The notes under the pieces: generated by a model
The model's database searches: none
Told to the model about the DNA's origin: nothing
Seen by the model: only the letters and a program-made list of their open reading frames with translations
Shown: positions 27,519-35,496 of the stretch, one piece after another
How the letters are laid out: the number at the start of each line of letters is the position of its first letter
Numbering within the stretch: position 1 is the stretch's first letter
Source of the DNA: Planctomycetota bacterium
GTDB taxonomy: Bacteria > Planctomycetota > B15-G4
NCBI GenBank assembly: GCA_965248575.1
Contig: CBDFJQ010000002.1
Span: 3,680,001 to 3,744,000 of the forward strand
DNA: 64,000 nt
Reading direction: 5' to 3'
Program-made: the position numbers and the translations under genes

Positions 27519-27584
27519 GCGCGTCGCCCCCGTGCCACGAGTTCGCCGCACCCCCTGGGTCGCGAGCTGGGGCAGACTCGCGGC

Positions 27585-28505
27585 ATGAAGACACTTCACG
27601 CAGGACTCCTGGCTCTCGGACTCACTCTCGGGGGCGCGCTGGGCGGGCTCTCGTCGGCCTGCACCCTGCAGTCATCGGCGACTCAGCTAGAGGTCGAGCT
27701 GCCCGAGACGCGCGTCCATGTGCCCATGGACCACTCCAGTGGGCACGTCGTGGTGGACGTCTACCTGGGTGACAAGGGTCCCTACCTCTTCCAGGTGGAC
27801 ACCTACGCCAGCATCGACGCCTGTCTCGATGACGACCTGGCGGAAGAGCTGGGTTTCCCCGTGGTGGGGACGACTCTCAACAGCGACGGACGCAACACGA
27901 GCACCCGCAACCTCGTCTCCATCCCCGAGCTGCGGCTGGGCGATGCGGTGTTCAAGAACGCGCGCACGCTGGTGGACGACTACGATTGGATCGGCACCCG
28001 CAACGGCCGAAAGGTGGATGGCCTGCTGGGCTTCACCTTGTTTCGCGAGCTGGTGCTGGGCTTCGACTACCCCGAGTCCAGGTTGGTGCTCAGCAAGGGC
28101 AGCGTGACGGAGAAGAGCTCGTACTCCCTGCCGTTCAAGGCACCCAGCGGCTCGCCGGACATCGTGGTCGAGGTGGAGGGACTCTCGCTCGAAGTGGGAA
28201 TCGACACGGGCTTTGGGGGAACCCTCGCCTTGCACACCTCCGATGCGGAAGACTTGCCCCTGGACGCCAAGCTCAAGGTCGTCGGCCAGTCGCGCAGTGC
28301 GTACTCCACATACGACATCTATGGCGCGCGGCTCACGAAGCCGGTGACGCTTGCGGCGCACGCACTGAACCGGATGAACGTCACCTTCATGGAGGGCTCT
28401 GCCCGCCGTCTCCTGGGCTACGGCATCCTGAAGGATTTCGTGGTGTCCTTCGACCAGCGCACGCGGCGCGTGAGCTTCGTCCCGCCGGACAGCGAGAACG
28501 GCTAG
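27585..28505 (+). CDS. Two-domain retropepsin-like aspartyl protease, probable lipoprotein
   Basis: FQVDTYAS...DGLLGF and VGIDTGFGG...LLGYGILKDF; lipobox-like LSSAC. Confidence 0.82.
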   Translation: MKTLHAGLLALGLTLGGALGGLSSACTLQSSATQLEVELPETRVHVPMDHSSGHVVVDVYLGDKGPYLFQVDTYASIDACLDDDLAEELGFPVVGTTLNSDGRNTSTRNLVSIPELRLGDAVFKNARTLVDDYDWIGTRNGRKVDGLLGFTLFRELVLGFDYPESRLVLSKGSVTEKSSYSLPFKAPSGSPDIVVEVEGLSLEVGIDTGFGGTLALHTSDAEDLPLDAKLKVVGQSRSAYSTYDIYGARLTKPVTLAAHALNRMNVTFMEGSARRLLGYGILKDFVVSFDQRTRRVSFVPPDSENG

Positions 28506-28715
28506 CTCGTGCGGCTCCAAGTGGGGTCGTCCATGTCTGACGGCATCTCTCTCGACCTCGGGCGAAGGGGCACTGGATACGACACGGAGCTGGGGGCCAC
28601 ATGGTCGATGGGCAACCGGCCAGTCACCGCGTTGCCACCCCTCGTTGTGAGAAGTCCGGGATATCCTTCGTCAGCTGGCACTTCCCCGCCGCCCCTCCCA
28701 ACCGAGACCATCACC

Positions 28716-29660
28716 TTGAAGACGTTCCTGCGCCTCAGCGCCCTGCTCCTATGCCTTTCCCTTGTTTCGCAGGCTGCGGAAGCCCAACAGTTCGGCATCG
28801 GCTTCGACAACGTGGGGGCGCCAGGCGCCTTCTCCCAGATCTTCCCAGGCCTGGCCAATGGCCCGCACCTGGAGTACGCCCAAGCGACCTTTGACGGCGG
28901 CGTGATCTTGAACGATGCGCTCTTTGCCTCGGCGGCCACCAGCGGCAGCAACATCCTGGCGACCTGCGACACCTGCGGGTTGGGTGATGGTCCGCCCGCG
29001 ACGGGTCTGCCTGGCATGATCACTGGAAGCTTCACCAGCTCCGTGGACCAGGTGTCGTTGGATGCCATCAATGGGTCGACGGCGGGCGGCGGTGTGATGA
29101 CTCTCACGGCCTTCGACGCAACGGGCGCGGTGGTGGCGACGGACTCGGCCTTCGCGACGCCCCAGGGCTCGGCGAACTCTGTTCAGCCGCTGTTCGTGTC
29201 GGCGCCAGTCATCAAGTCCTTCGCCGTGACGGTGGACCTTCCGGCGGGCTACACCTTCGCCATCGACACGGTCATGGGTCGGCTGCTCGAGGGCGACTGG
29301 GTGGACCTGGGTTTCGCCTTGGCCGGAGTGAACGGGTTGCCCCAGTTATCCGGCAGCGGCTCCTTGGCAGGTGGGGATCCGACGACACTCTCCTTGACCT
29401 CCGCTGCGGGCTCGGCGACCGCGGCCCTTGTGGCGGGCTTCTCCCAGGTGAACGTGTCCTTCGAGGGCGGAGTGTTCGTGCCCAGCCCCGACATCATCCG
29501 CTTCTTCCCCACCAATGGTGTGGGCGGCTTGGAGGGCACAGCAGCCTGGCCGGTGGGCGTGCCCAGTGGCACAGAGGTTTTCTTTCAGTTCTGGATCTTT
29601 GATGCAGCAGGACCCTTTGGCTTTGCTGCAAGCAACGGACTGAAGGGCACCACTCCCTAG
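28716..29660 (+). CDS. Secreted protein with the shared ~120-aa C-terminal domain
   Basis: TTG start gives signal peptide MKTFLRLSALLLCLSLVSQAAEA|Q; C-terminus WVDLGFALAG...FQFWIFD...ASNGLKGTTP. Confidence 0.75.
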   Translation: MKTFLRLSALLLCLSLVSQAAEAQQFGIGFDNVGAPGAFSQIFPGLANGPHLEYAQATFDGGVILNDALFASAATSGSNILATCDTCGLGDGPPATGLPGMITGSFTSSVDQVSLDAINGSTAGGGVMTLTAFDATGAVVATDSAFATPQGSANSVQPLFVSAPVIKSFAVTVDLPAGYTFAIDTVMGRLLEGDWVDLGFALAGVNGLPQLSGSGSLAGGDPTTLSLTSAAGSATAALVAGFSQVNVSFEGGVFVPSPDIIRFFPTNGVGGLEGTAAWPVGVPSGTEVFFQFWIFDAAGPFGFAASNGLKGTTP

Positions 29661-29897
29661 AAACTTTCGGAACGCTCATTCCGACGCGGTCGGCGGATTT
29701 GTGCGGTTCCCGGAGCTTCGATTGTCTCCTACCTTGCCCCTTGTGGGGTGGGCTTCTGGACTCTGTCAGTTGGCGGAGTCCGTCTGCTTGTGGGTGCCAG
29801 GCGCCCGGCATGAGTAGGGATCGAAACCAGGGAATGAATGAAGGGGGTCGTGGTGTCGCCTCTCGCACTCCCGTCACCGAGAAGGAAGAACGCGATC

Positions 29898-31307
29898 ATG
29901 TTCAGTGCTCGACCGAAGGGCTTTCTATGGACCCTCCTCGCGGTAGCCGTGCTCGGATGCAGCTCGGGTGAGGCGGAGGAGACAGCGGACAACGACAACG
30001 CCAAGGGTGAAGCAGGCTCGGCCGTCGCTGAGGACACCGAAACACTTCTCGGTGGCGTGCCGCTCGGCTGCACCGCGGAATCGGCCTGGGTGACGGCGCC
30101 CTCCGAACCGGACCCCGGGGCGTTCAGCCCGAACAGCCAATGTTCGTTCCATCAGTGGTCCTACCAGAACTTCCTGTGGCTCACGAGCCCTGACCCCGGC
30201 ACGGGGCAGACCATCTTCGAGGGCTTCGCGAACCCCAACAAACTCTTTGTTCAAGGAGGTCCCAGCGAACCCTACCCGGGTCGCGGGGGGCCGGAGCCGA
30301 CGCGCATGTTGGCGCGCCTCGAGAAGTCAGGCACGAGTGCGGACATCGAGGACATCTTCCAGGCCGGCCCCGGGGGCAAGATCCTCGTGGACCAGAATGG
30401 TGAGGTGGTCTTCTACTCCAACCACCTGAACGAGGTGTTCTGGGACTTCATCGTGAAGAACAGTCTGTACGACCTCGCGACCTTGAAGGCGACGAAGGGG
30501 CCAGCTTTGAACTTTGCCCAAGGGGCGCTGGAACTCAAGGCCTCCTGGCGCGTGGCGAAGAAGGGTGAGAAGGTCCTGATCGAGGATGCCGACAGTCGCT
30601 TCCATGTGGTGGACACGGTGATCCCAACGGTGACCGTGGACGCCGCCGGGCACATCAAAGAGGACTGGGCGAAGTCGATCCCGGCACGCATGGCCCTGAT
30701 CGGCTTCCACATCGCGGGCACGGTGAAGGGGCACCCGGAGTTCATCTGGGCGACCTTTGAGCACGTGGACAATGCGCCGGTCGCGGCGAGTGACCCAAGC
30801 AAGGCGGCGGCGAGTGGCCCAGGCCCCACGGGCCCGTGGTCGCTCTACAAGCCAGGCACGCCGACGGGTGCGTGCAACCAGTTCGATTCAGGCAACCCTC
30901 TGGCGGTCGTGAACATCTGTCTCGAGAACCCGCAGGGTGGCGGCGATGCAGACAACAAGGAGGCAGTGAAGACGCTCAACGCGAACGTGGCGTCCATTCC
31001 GCCCACGGCCCCGTGGGGCAACTACATGCTGGGCGGTGCCGTCTGGACCGACGGCACGGTGCCTCTCAACAACGGTGCCTTCGCGCCGGGCGCCTCACCC
31101 CCGGCCACGCAGTTGGGCTCGCTCGCCCTGGCGAACACCTCCATGGAGACCTTCACCCAACAGGACAACTGTTTCGCCTGCCACAACGGGGGAGCACACG
31201 AGATCGCAGTCGACAGCGGCAGCACCGAAGTCAACGCGAAGAGCGTGAACCTGAGCCACTTCGTCGTGAACTACCAGGCCGTCGAGCAGGTCAAGGCCGA
31301 GAAGTAG
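29898..31307 (+). CDS. Lipoprotein with a single C-terminal c-type heme motif, function unknown
   Basis: Lipobox VLGC; FHQWSYQNFLWL, LVDQNG, ELKASWR, IWATFEHVDNAP, LANTSMETFTQQDNCFACH. Confidence 0.8.
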   Translation: MFSARPKGFLWTLLAVAVLGCSSGEAEETADNDNAKGEAGSAVAEDTETLLGGVPLGCTAESAWVTAPSEPDPGAFSPNSQCSFHQWSYQNFLWLTSPDPGTGQTIFEGFANPNKLFVQGGPSEPYPGRGGPEPTRMLARLEKSGTSADIEDIFQAGPGGKILVDQNGEVVFYSNHLNEVFWDFIVKNSLYDLATLKATKGPALNFAQGALELKASWRVAKKGEKVLIEDADSRFHVVDTVIPTVTVDAAGHIKEDWAKSIPARMALIGFHIAGTVKGHPEFIWATFEHVDNAPVAASDPSKAAASGPGPTGPWSLYKPGTPTGACNQFDSGNPLAVVNICLENPQGGGDADNKEAVKTLNANVASIPPTAPWGNYMLGGAVWTDGTVPLNNGAFAPGASPPATQLGSLALANTSMETFTQQDNCFACHNGGAHEIAVDSGSTEVNAKSVNLSHFVVNYQAVEQVKAEK

Positions 31308-31356
31308 GTCCGCGCACGCAACAGACATCCAACGAAAGAAAAGGGGTACGCACGCC

Positions 31357-33510
31357 ATGACGGACAGCGTCTTCAAGATTCATCCCGCGATCGGCTTTGC
31401 ACGCGTGGGCACGAGCAAGGAATTCAATCTCGCACCGGAGACCCTGACGGGGCACCCGGTGGCGGGCAGCGAGGTGACGGGCGGTCTGCCCATCGTGCCC
31501 GGTACCGAGAGTGAGACCATCAAGGCGAGCGATTTGCGCGACGCTGGCGGAGCTCTCAAGCGCCAGGCGGCGCGCTTCCGCATCTACAATTACGCCGCCC
31601 AGAGCGCTGAGACCTACCCCATGGGCGACGCCGGTGAGGAGATCGTCCTGGGCAGCAGGGTGGTGGTGGGCGGCGTCACCAAGACGGTGGCGGACATCGT
31701 CTGGACCGTGCACATGGCCAACAAGAAGACCGCGTGGTACCAGTCGCCCGATGACGAGGGCATTGTGGCCTGGATGGACGGCAAGACGCCGCCCCAGCGG
31801 AACATCGACCTGCAGCCGCCTGTGCAGCCGCCGCTCAGCAACAATCCCCATGATGAGGATCGTCTGGCGCGCCTGACCATCGATGCGGGGCCGCGAACCA
31901 TTCACGGCACGAGCTCCGAGAGCGTCGCCATGAATGCCAAAACGCCTGCCAGCATCTTTCGCTGTGGCGCGGGCGGGATCACCGAGCTTCCGGACTACCC
32001 CAAGAGTTTTCCTCAGTGTCCCCCGAAGCCGGCGAAGGGATTCGAGACCCTTAATCCGCCGGGGGTGGAGCCCATCACGACCTTGGGCGACCTGTCGACG
32101 GAGGAGAACGGGCGTCTGGTGGTTGCGGGCGGGCACGGCTTGGCGAACAGCTTCAACGTGGAGGGTCCGCAGTACGGTTTCATCGATTCCGTGAACAACG
32201 ACTGGTGGTTCGATGACACGGGCGACGGCCCGGTCAACGCCAGCCTGGTGTTTGACGACGGCTCGTGCCTCGAAGTGCAGGGGCATGCGTGGGTGGTGGC
32301 GACGGACCCGGCCTACGCGCCGCAGATCCTGAACGTGGTCTCCCTGTGGGATGAGGTCTACGACAGCTTCGTGCGCAAGTTGGAGCTCCGGCCGGAGCTG
32401 TTCACGGGCAAGAAGTTCGTGCCCACCTACACGCCTTCCTTTGAGGACGAGGTCAAGCCGATCTTCCTCTCGGCGGGCTTGCAGCGCTGGATCACCAACC
32501 TGAACCAGATCGGCATCGGCGCCCATGACAAGGTCGCGGCCATCGCGGCGGGCAAGGACCCTGCGGACACCCAGCTGCACGGTTTGGGCCTGATCCGCGA
32601 GCCGGTGGACCCCGAGAAACTCGGCGTGGGCCCGCCGGTGTCCGGAGACGATCGGCGCATGCCGCTTTCGCTGGGGGACTCGGCGCGCAGCCTGCTCTCG
32701 CTCTCCAAGACGCAGTACTACTACCTCGAGCGTTGGGATGTGAAGGGAGCCACAGGGAAACCCCTCGCGCTGAACGCAGGCGAGACCCTCGACAAGGCGT
32801 CGTTCTATGCAGGCCTCGGCGGGCGCTTCAGTCCGGGCATCGATCTGACGTTCATCTGTCGTGAGCCCGATCTCTATGTGCAGTCGTGGCAGACATCGGG
32901 CACCGGGCCGTTCCGGATCAACCCGCAGCCTCTGGACTATCAGTCGGGCGGCCCGTGCCTCTCGCTGGGTTGGATGCCGCGGCGCGAAAAGGAAAAGCTG
33001 GGCGTGGAGCCCGGGGACCTCTGCAAGTTCATGGCCATCCCCTGGCACGCGGACTACAACTCCTGCGCCGTGCACTTGCCGGCGCCCAACCCGGAGTTCA
33101 ACAACACGCTCTATTGGTCGTGGCCAGCGCAACGTCCGGTCGCCGTGCACAAGGCTGCGGACGTGAGCAGCGATGGGCAGACCTTGGGTGAGCAGCGTTT
33201 CTCGGTGCGTGGCGAAGGCACCAAGACCTCGAGTCCCAACCCACCCCAGGTCGGCCCTCAAGATGCTGCAGAGGTGGGGCGCTACCAGCAACAGCCTCCG
33301 ACCGGAAAGGGTGCCGGGCCGGGAATCATGCGCATCCTCGACCACTGGATGAACATCGGCACGGTGATCCAGGCCACCAACATCGACGATGGGGTGCCCT
33401 ACGATCCGACCTTCTTCCTGGAGGTCATGAGCCGACTGGAAGACAAGGACAGCGACGGCGTGATGCCCTGGCCCACGAACGTGCCGGCCGGAAGCGGAAG
33501 CGGAAGCTGA
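31357..33510 (+). CDS. lodA: LodA/GoxA family CTQ-dependent amino-acid oxidase
   Basis: IHPAIGFARVG, KRQAARFRIY, WTVHMANKK..WY, GRLVVAGGHG, NNDWWFDDTGDGPV, PAYAPQ, GGRFSPGID, PGDL...PWHADYNSC (Asp566, Cys570), WSWPAQRP (Trp589). Confidence 0.93.
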   Translation: MTDSVFKIHPAIGFARVGTSKEFNLAPETLTGHPVAGSEVTGGLPIVPGTESETIKASDLRDAGGALKRQAARFRIYNYAAQSAETYPMGDAGEEIVLGSRVVVGGVTKTVADIVWTVHMANKKTAWYQSPDDEGIVAWMDGKTPPQRNIDLQPPVQPPLSNNPHDEDRLARLTIDAGPRTIHGTSSESVAMNAKTPASIFRCGAGGITELPDYPKSFPQCPPKPAKGFETLNPPGVEPITTLGDLSTEENGRLVVAGGHGLANSFNVEGPQYGFIDSVNNDWWFDDTGDGPVNASLVFDDGSCLEVQGHAWVVATDPAYAPQILNVVSLWDEVYDSFVRKLELRPELFTGKKFVPTYTPSFEDEVKPIFLSAGLQRWITNLNQIGIGAHDKVAAIAAGKDPADTQLHGLGLIREPVDPEKLGVGPPVSGDDRRMPLSLGDSARSLLSLSKTQYYYLERWDVKGATGKPLALNAGETLDKASFYAGLGGRFSPGIDLTFICREPDLYVQSWQTSGTGPFRINPQPLDYQSGGPCLSLGWMPRREKEKLGVEPGDLCKFMAIPWHADYNSCAVHLPAPNPEFNNTLYWSWPAQRPVAVHKAADVSSDGQTLGEQRFSVRGEGTKTSSPNPPQVGPQDAAEVGRYQQQPPTGKGAGPGIMRILDHWMNIGTVIQATNIDDGVPYDPTFFLEVMSRLEDKDSDGVMPWPTNVPAGSGSGS
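33490..33507 (+). repeat. (GGAAGC)x3 hexamer encoding the GSGSGS C-terminal tail of LodA
   Basis: Read directly: ggaagcggaagcggaagc immediately before TGA. Confidence 0.8.
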
Positions 33511-33514
33511 ACCC

Positions 33515-34690
33515 ATGTCGCTCTCCGGGAGCGAAGGCTACGAGGTCGTGGTGCTGGGCGGCGGTCCCGCCGGCTGCGCCACGGCCTTGTCGCTCGCAGA
33601 CCAGGGTGTCCAGCGCGTGCTGGTGGTCGAGCCCGGTGACTACAGCGCCTTGCGTATCGGTGAGTCCATCCCACCCGACACCACCCATCTGCTGAGCCAA
33701 CTGGGTGTGCTGGATGGCTTTCTGGCTGACAAGCACGAACCCTGCCTGGGCAACTGTTCGTCTTGGGGTGATGACGCCCTCGGCTACAACGACTTCGTGT
33801 ACCGGCCCTTCGGCAACGGCTGGCATCTGGACCGTCGTCGTTTCGATGCGTTCATGGCGCAGAGCGTCCGGGAGCGCGGCGTGGAGCTGCGCACGGGCGT
33901 CCGTTGTGTGGGCTCTGCGCGGCGTGACGACGGCAGCATCGCCCTGGAGTTGCGAGCCTCTGCCGGCGAGCAAAGCGAAGTGTTCGCGGGCTTCGTTGTG
34001 GATGCCACGGGCCCGGGCATGCGTTTCGCCCGCACACAAGGCGTCCGGCGGCGGGAGCTGGACCGCCTGGTGTGCGTCTCCGCCTACTTCGAACGAGCTG
34101 CGGACTCACCGTTCGCCAAGACCACGCTGCTGGAAGCGGTGGAGCAGGGATGGTGGTACTCGGCACGCTTGCCAGACAATCGCGTCGTGGTCGCCATGGC
34201 GTGTTCACAGGGTCAGCAAGCCGAGGACTTGGGCCAGTGGCAACATGCACTGGGTGAAACGCGCTACTTCTCGGAATGGCTGCAGTCGTGTCGACTGATA
34301 CCGGACAGTCACTCCGTGCGTCTCGCTCCGTCTGCGGTACTGGAGCGCGTGCACGGTGAAGGCTGGCTGGCGGTGGGCGATGCAGCCTCCAGTTACGACC
34401 CCATCGCTTCCCAAGGTATCTACAAGGCCTTGGCCGAGGGGCTTGAGGGAGGGCGGGCGATCGCCGCATGTCTCGCGGGTGAGCGACAGGCGCTCGAGCG
34501 ACATCAGGCAAATGTGTTCACACGCTTCGACGAGTTCCAGCGGCAGCGCTCCTACTTCTACGAGCAGGAACGCCGCTGGGAGAACTCCGCCTTCTGGAGC
34601 GAGCGCCGCGCGTGCCACATGCTTGAGGGGCCCGACGCAGCAGCAGCTGGGCTCAGCGAGGCTGACGAGTTGACTCTCGCGCTGGACTGA
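33515..34690 (+). CDS. lodB: LodB/GoxB-like FAD-dependent flavoprotein for CTQ biogenesis
   Basis: GGGPAG, IGESIPP, GWHLDRRRFD, VVDATG, EAVEQGWWYSA, AVGDAASSYDPIASQGIYKAL; starts 4 nt after the lodA stop. Confidence 0.9.
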   Translation: MSLSGSEGYEVVVLGGGPAGCATALSLADQGVQRVLVVEPGDYSALRIGESIPPDTTHLLSQLGVLDGFLADKHEPCLGNCSSWGDDALGYNDFVYRPFGNGWHLDRRRFDAFMAQSVRERGVELRTGVRCVGSARRDDGSIALELRASAGEQSEVFAGFVVDATGPGMRFARTQGVRRRELDRLVCVSAYFERAADSPFAKTTLLEAVEQGWWYSARLPDNRVVVAMACSQGQQAEDLGQWQHALGETRYFSEWLQSCRLIPDSHSVRLAPSAVLERVHGEGWLAVGDAASSYDPIASQGIYKALAEGLEGGRAIAACLAGERQALERHQANVFTRFDEFQRQRSYFYEQERRWENSAFWSERRACHMLEGPDAAAAGLSEADELTLALD

Positions 34691-34770
34691 CGCAGCCCAG
34701 AGGCATTGAATGGGGTCGCGGGTGCGCCGGTCTCCGGGTCGCCGGCGTGCGACAACAGGAGCTGCACGGC

Positions 34771-35319
34771 ATGCGCAAGGTCTTCGGGATCGGACTCAAC
34801 AAGACGGGCACCACGACCCTGGGTGTCTGCCTGAAGACGCTGGGCTACAAGCACTCACCCTATGCTGGTCGATTCGTTGCCGCTGCCCAGTCCAGGGAGT
34901 TGGACGAGCTGCTGGCCTACGCCGAGGCTTGGGACAGCTTCGAGGATTGGCCTTGGCCGCTGCTCTATCGCGAGCTGGACGAACGCTTTCCCGGAAGTCG
35001 TTTCGTGCTCACGACGCGCAACGATGCCGTCACCTGGTTCCGTAGCCTGTGCGGCCACGCCGAACGCACGGGCCCCACGCCCGAACGACGCCTGATCTAC
35101 GGCCACGAGATGCCCCAGGGCCACCGGGTCGAGCACCTGAAGCTCTACGAAGAGCACGTACTCGCGGTGCGCGCCTGGTTCCAAGGTCGGCCGGAGGCCT
35201 TGTTGGAAGTGTGTTGGGAGAGGGGCGCGGGCTGGCCGGAGTTGTGCCGATTTCTGGGGGCAGAGCAGCCGGGCGAGCCGTTTCCCCATGCGCACCAGGC
35301 TCCGGGCCTGGAGGCCTGA
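34771..35319 (+). CDS. Sulfotransferase-like P-loop protein
   Basis: KVFGIGLNKTGTTTL, FEDWPW, YRELDERFPGSRFVLTTR, GWPELCRFLG, PFPHAH; AGGAG SD. Confidence 0.85.
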   Translation: MRKVFGIGLNKTGTTTLGVCLKTLGYKHSPYAGRFVAAAQSRELDELLAYAEAWDSFEDWPWPLLYRELDERFPGSRFVLTTRNDAVTWFRSLCGHAERTGPTPERRLIYGHEMPQGHRVEHLKLYEEHVLAVRAWFQGRPEALLEVCWERGAGWPELCRFLGAEQPGEPFPHAHQAPGLEA

Positions 35320-35496
35320 TTCGCCGGTTTCCGTTACGGTGCGGCTCGCTCACCCTATGATCGGGATCTTGAGGACGTTGTTCCTGAGATCGTGAGTTGT
35401 TGTCTCCGCACGATCCTGCCCGGTGCATTCGTCACGGGAGCTTCGGGAGGCGGCCCATGGGTGGCCGCAAGACATATTCATTCGGGAGAGACGACA

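Noticed and set aside
29728..29781. Two adjacent stem-loops upstream of the lod cluster (incl. GGACTCTGTCA-GT-TGGCGGAGTCC at 29758-29781)
   Set aside because: No recognisable riboswitch or tRNA consensus; GC-rich hairpins arise easily. Would need an Rfam or covariance search.
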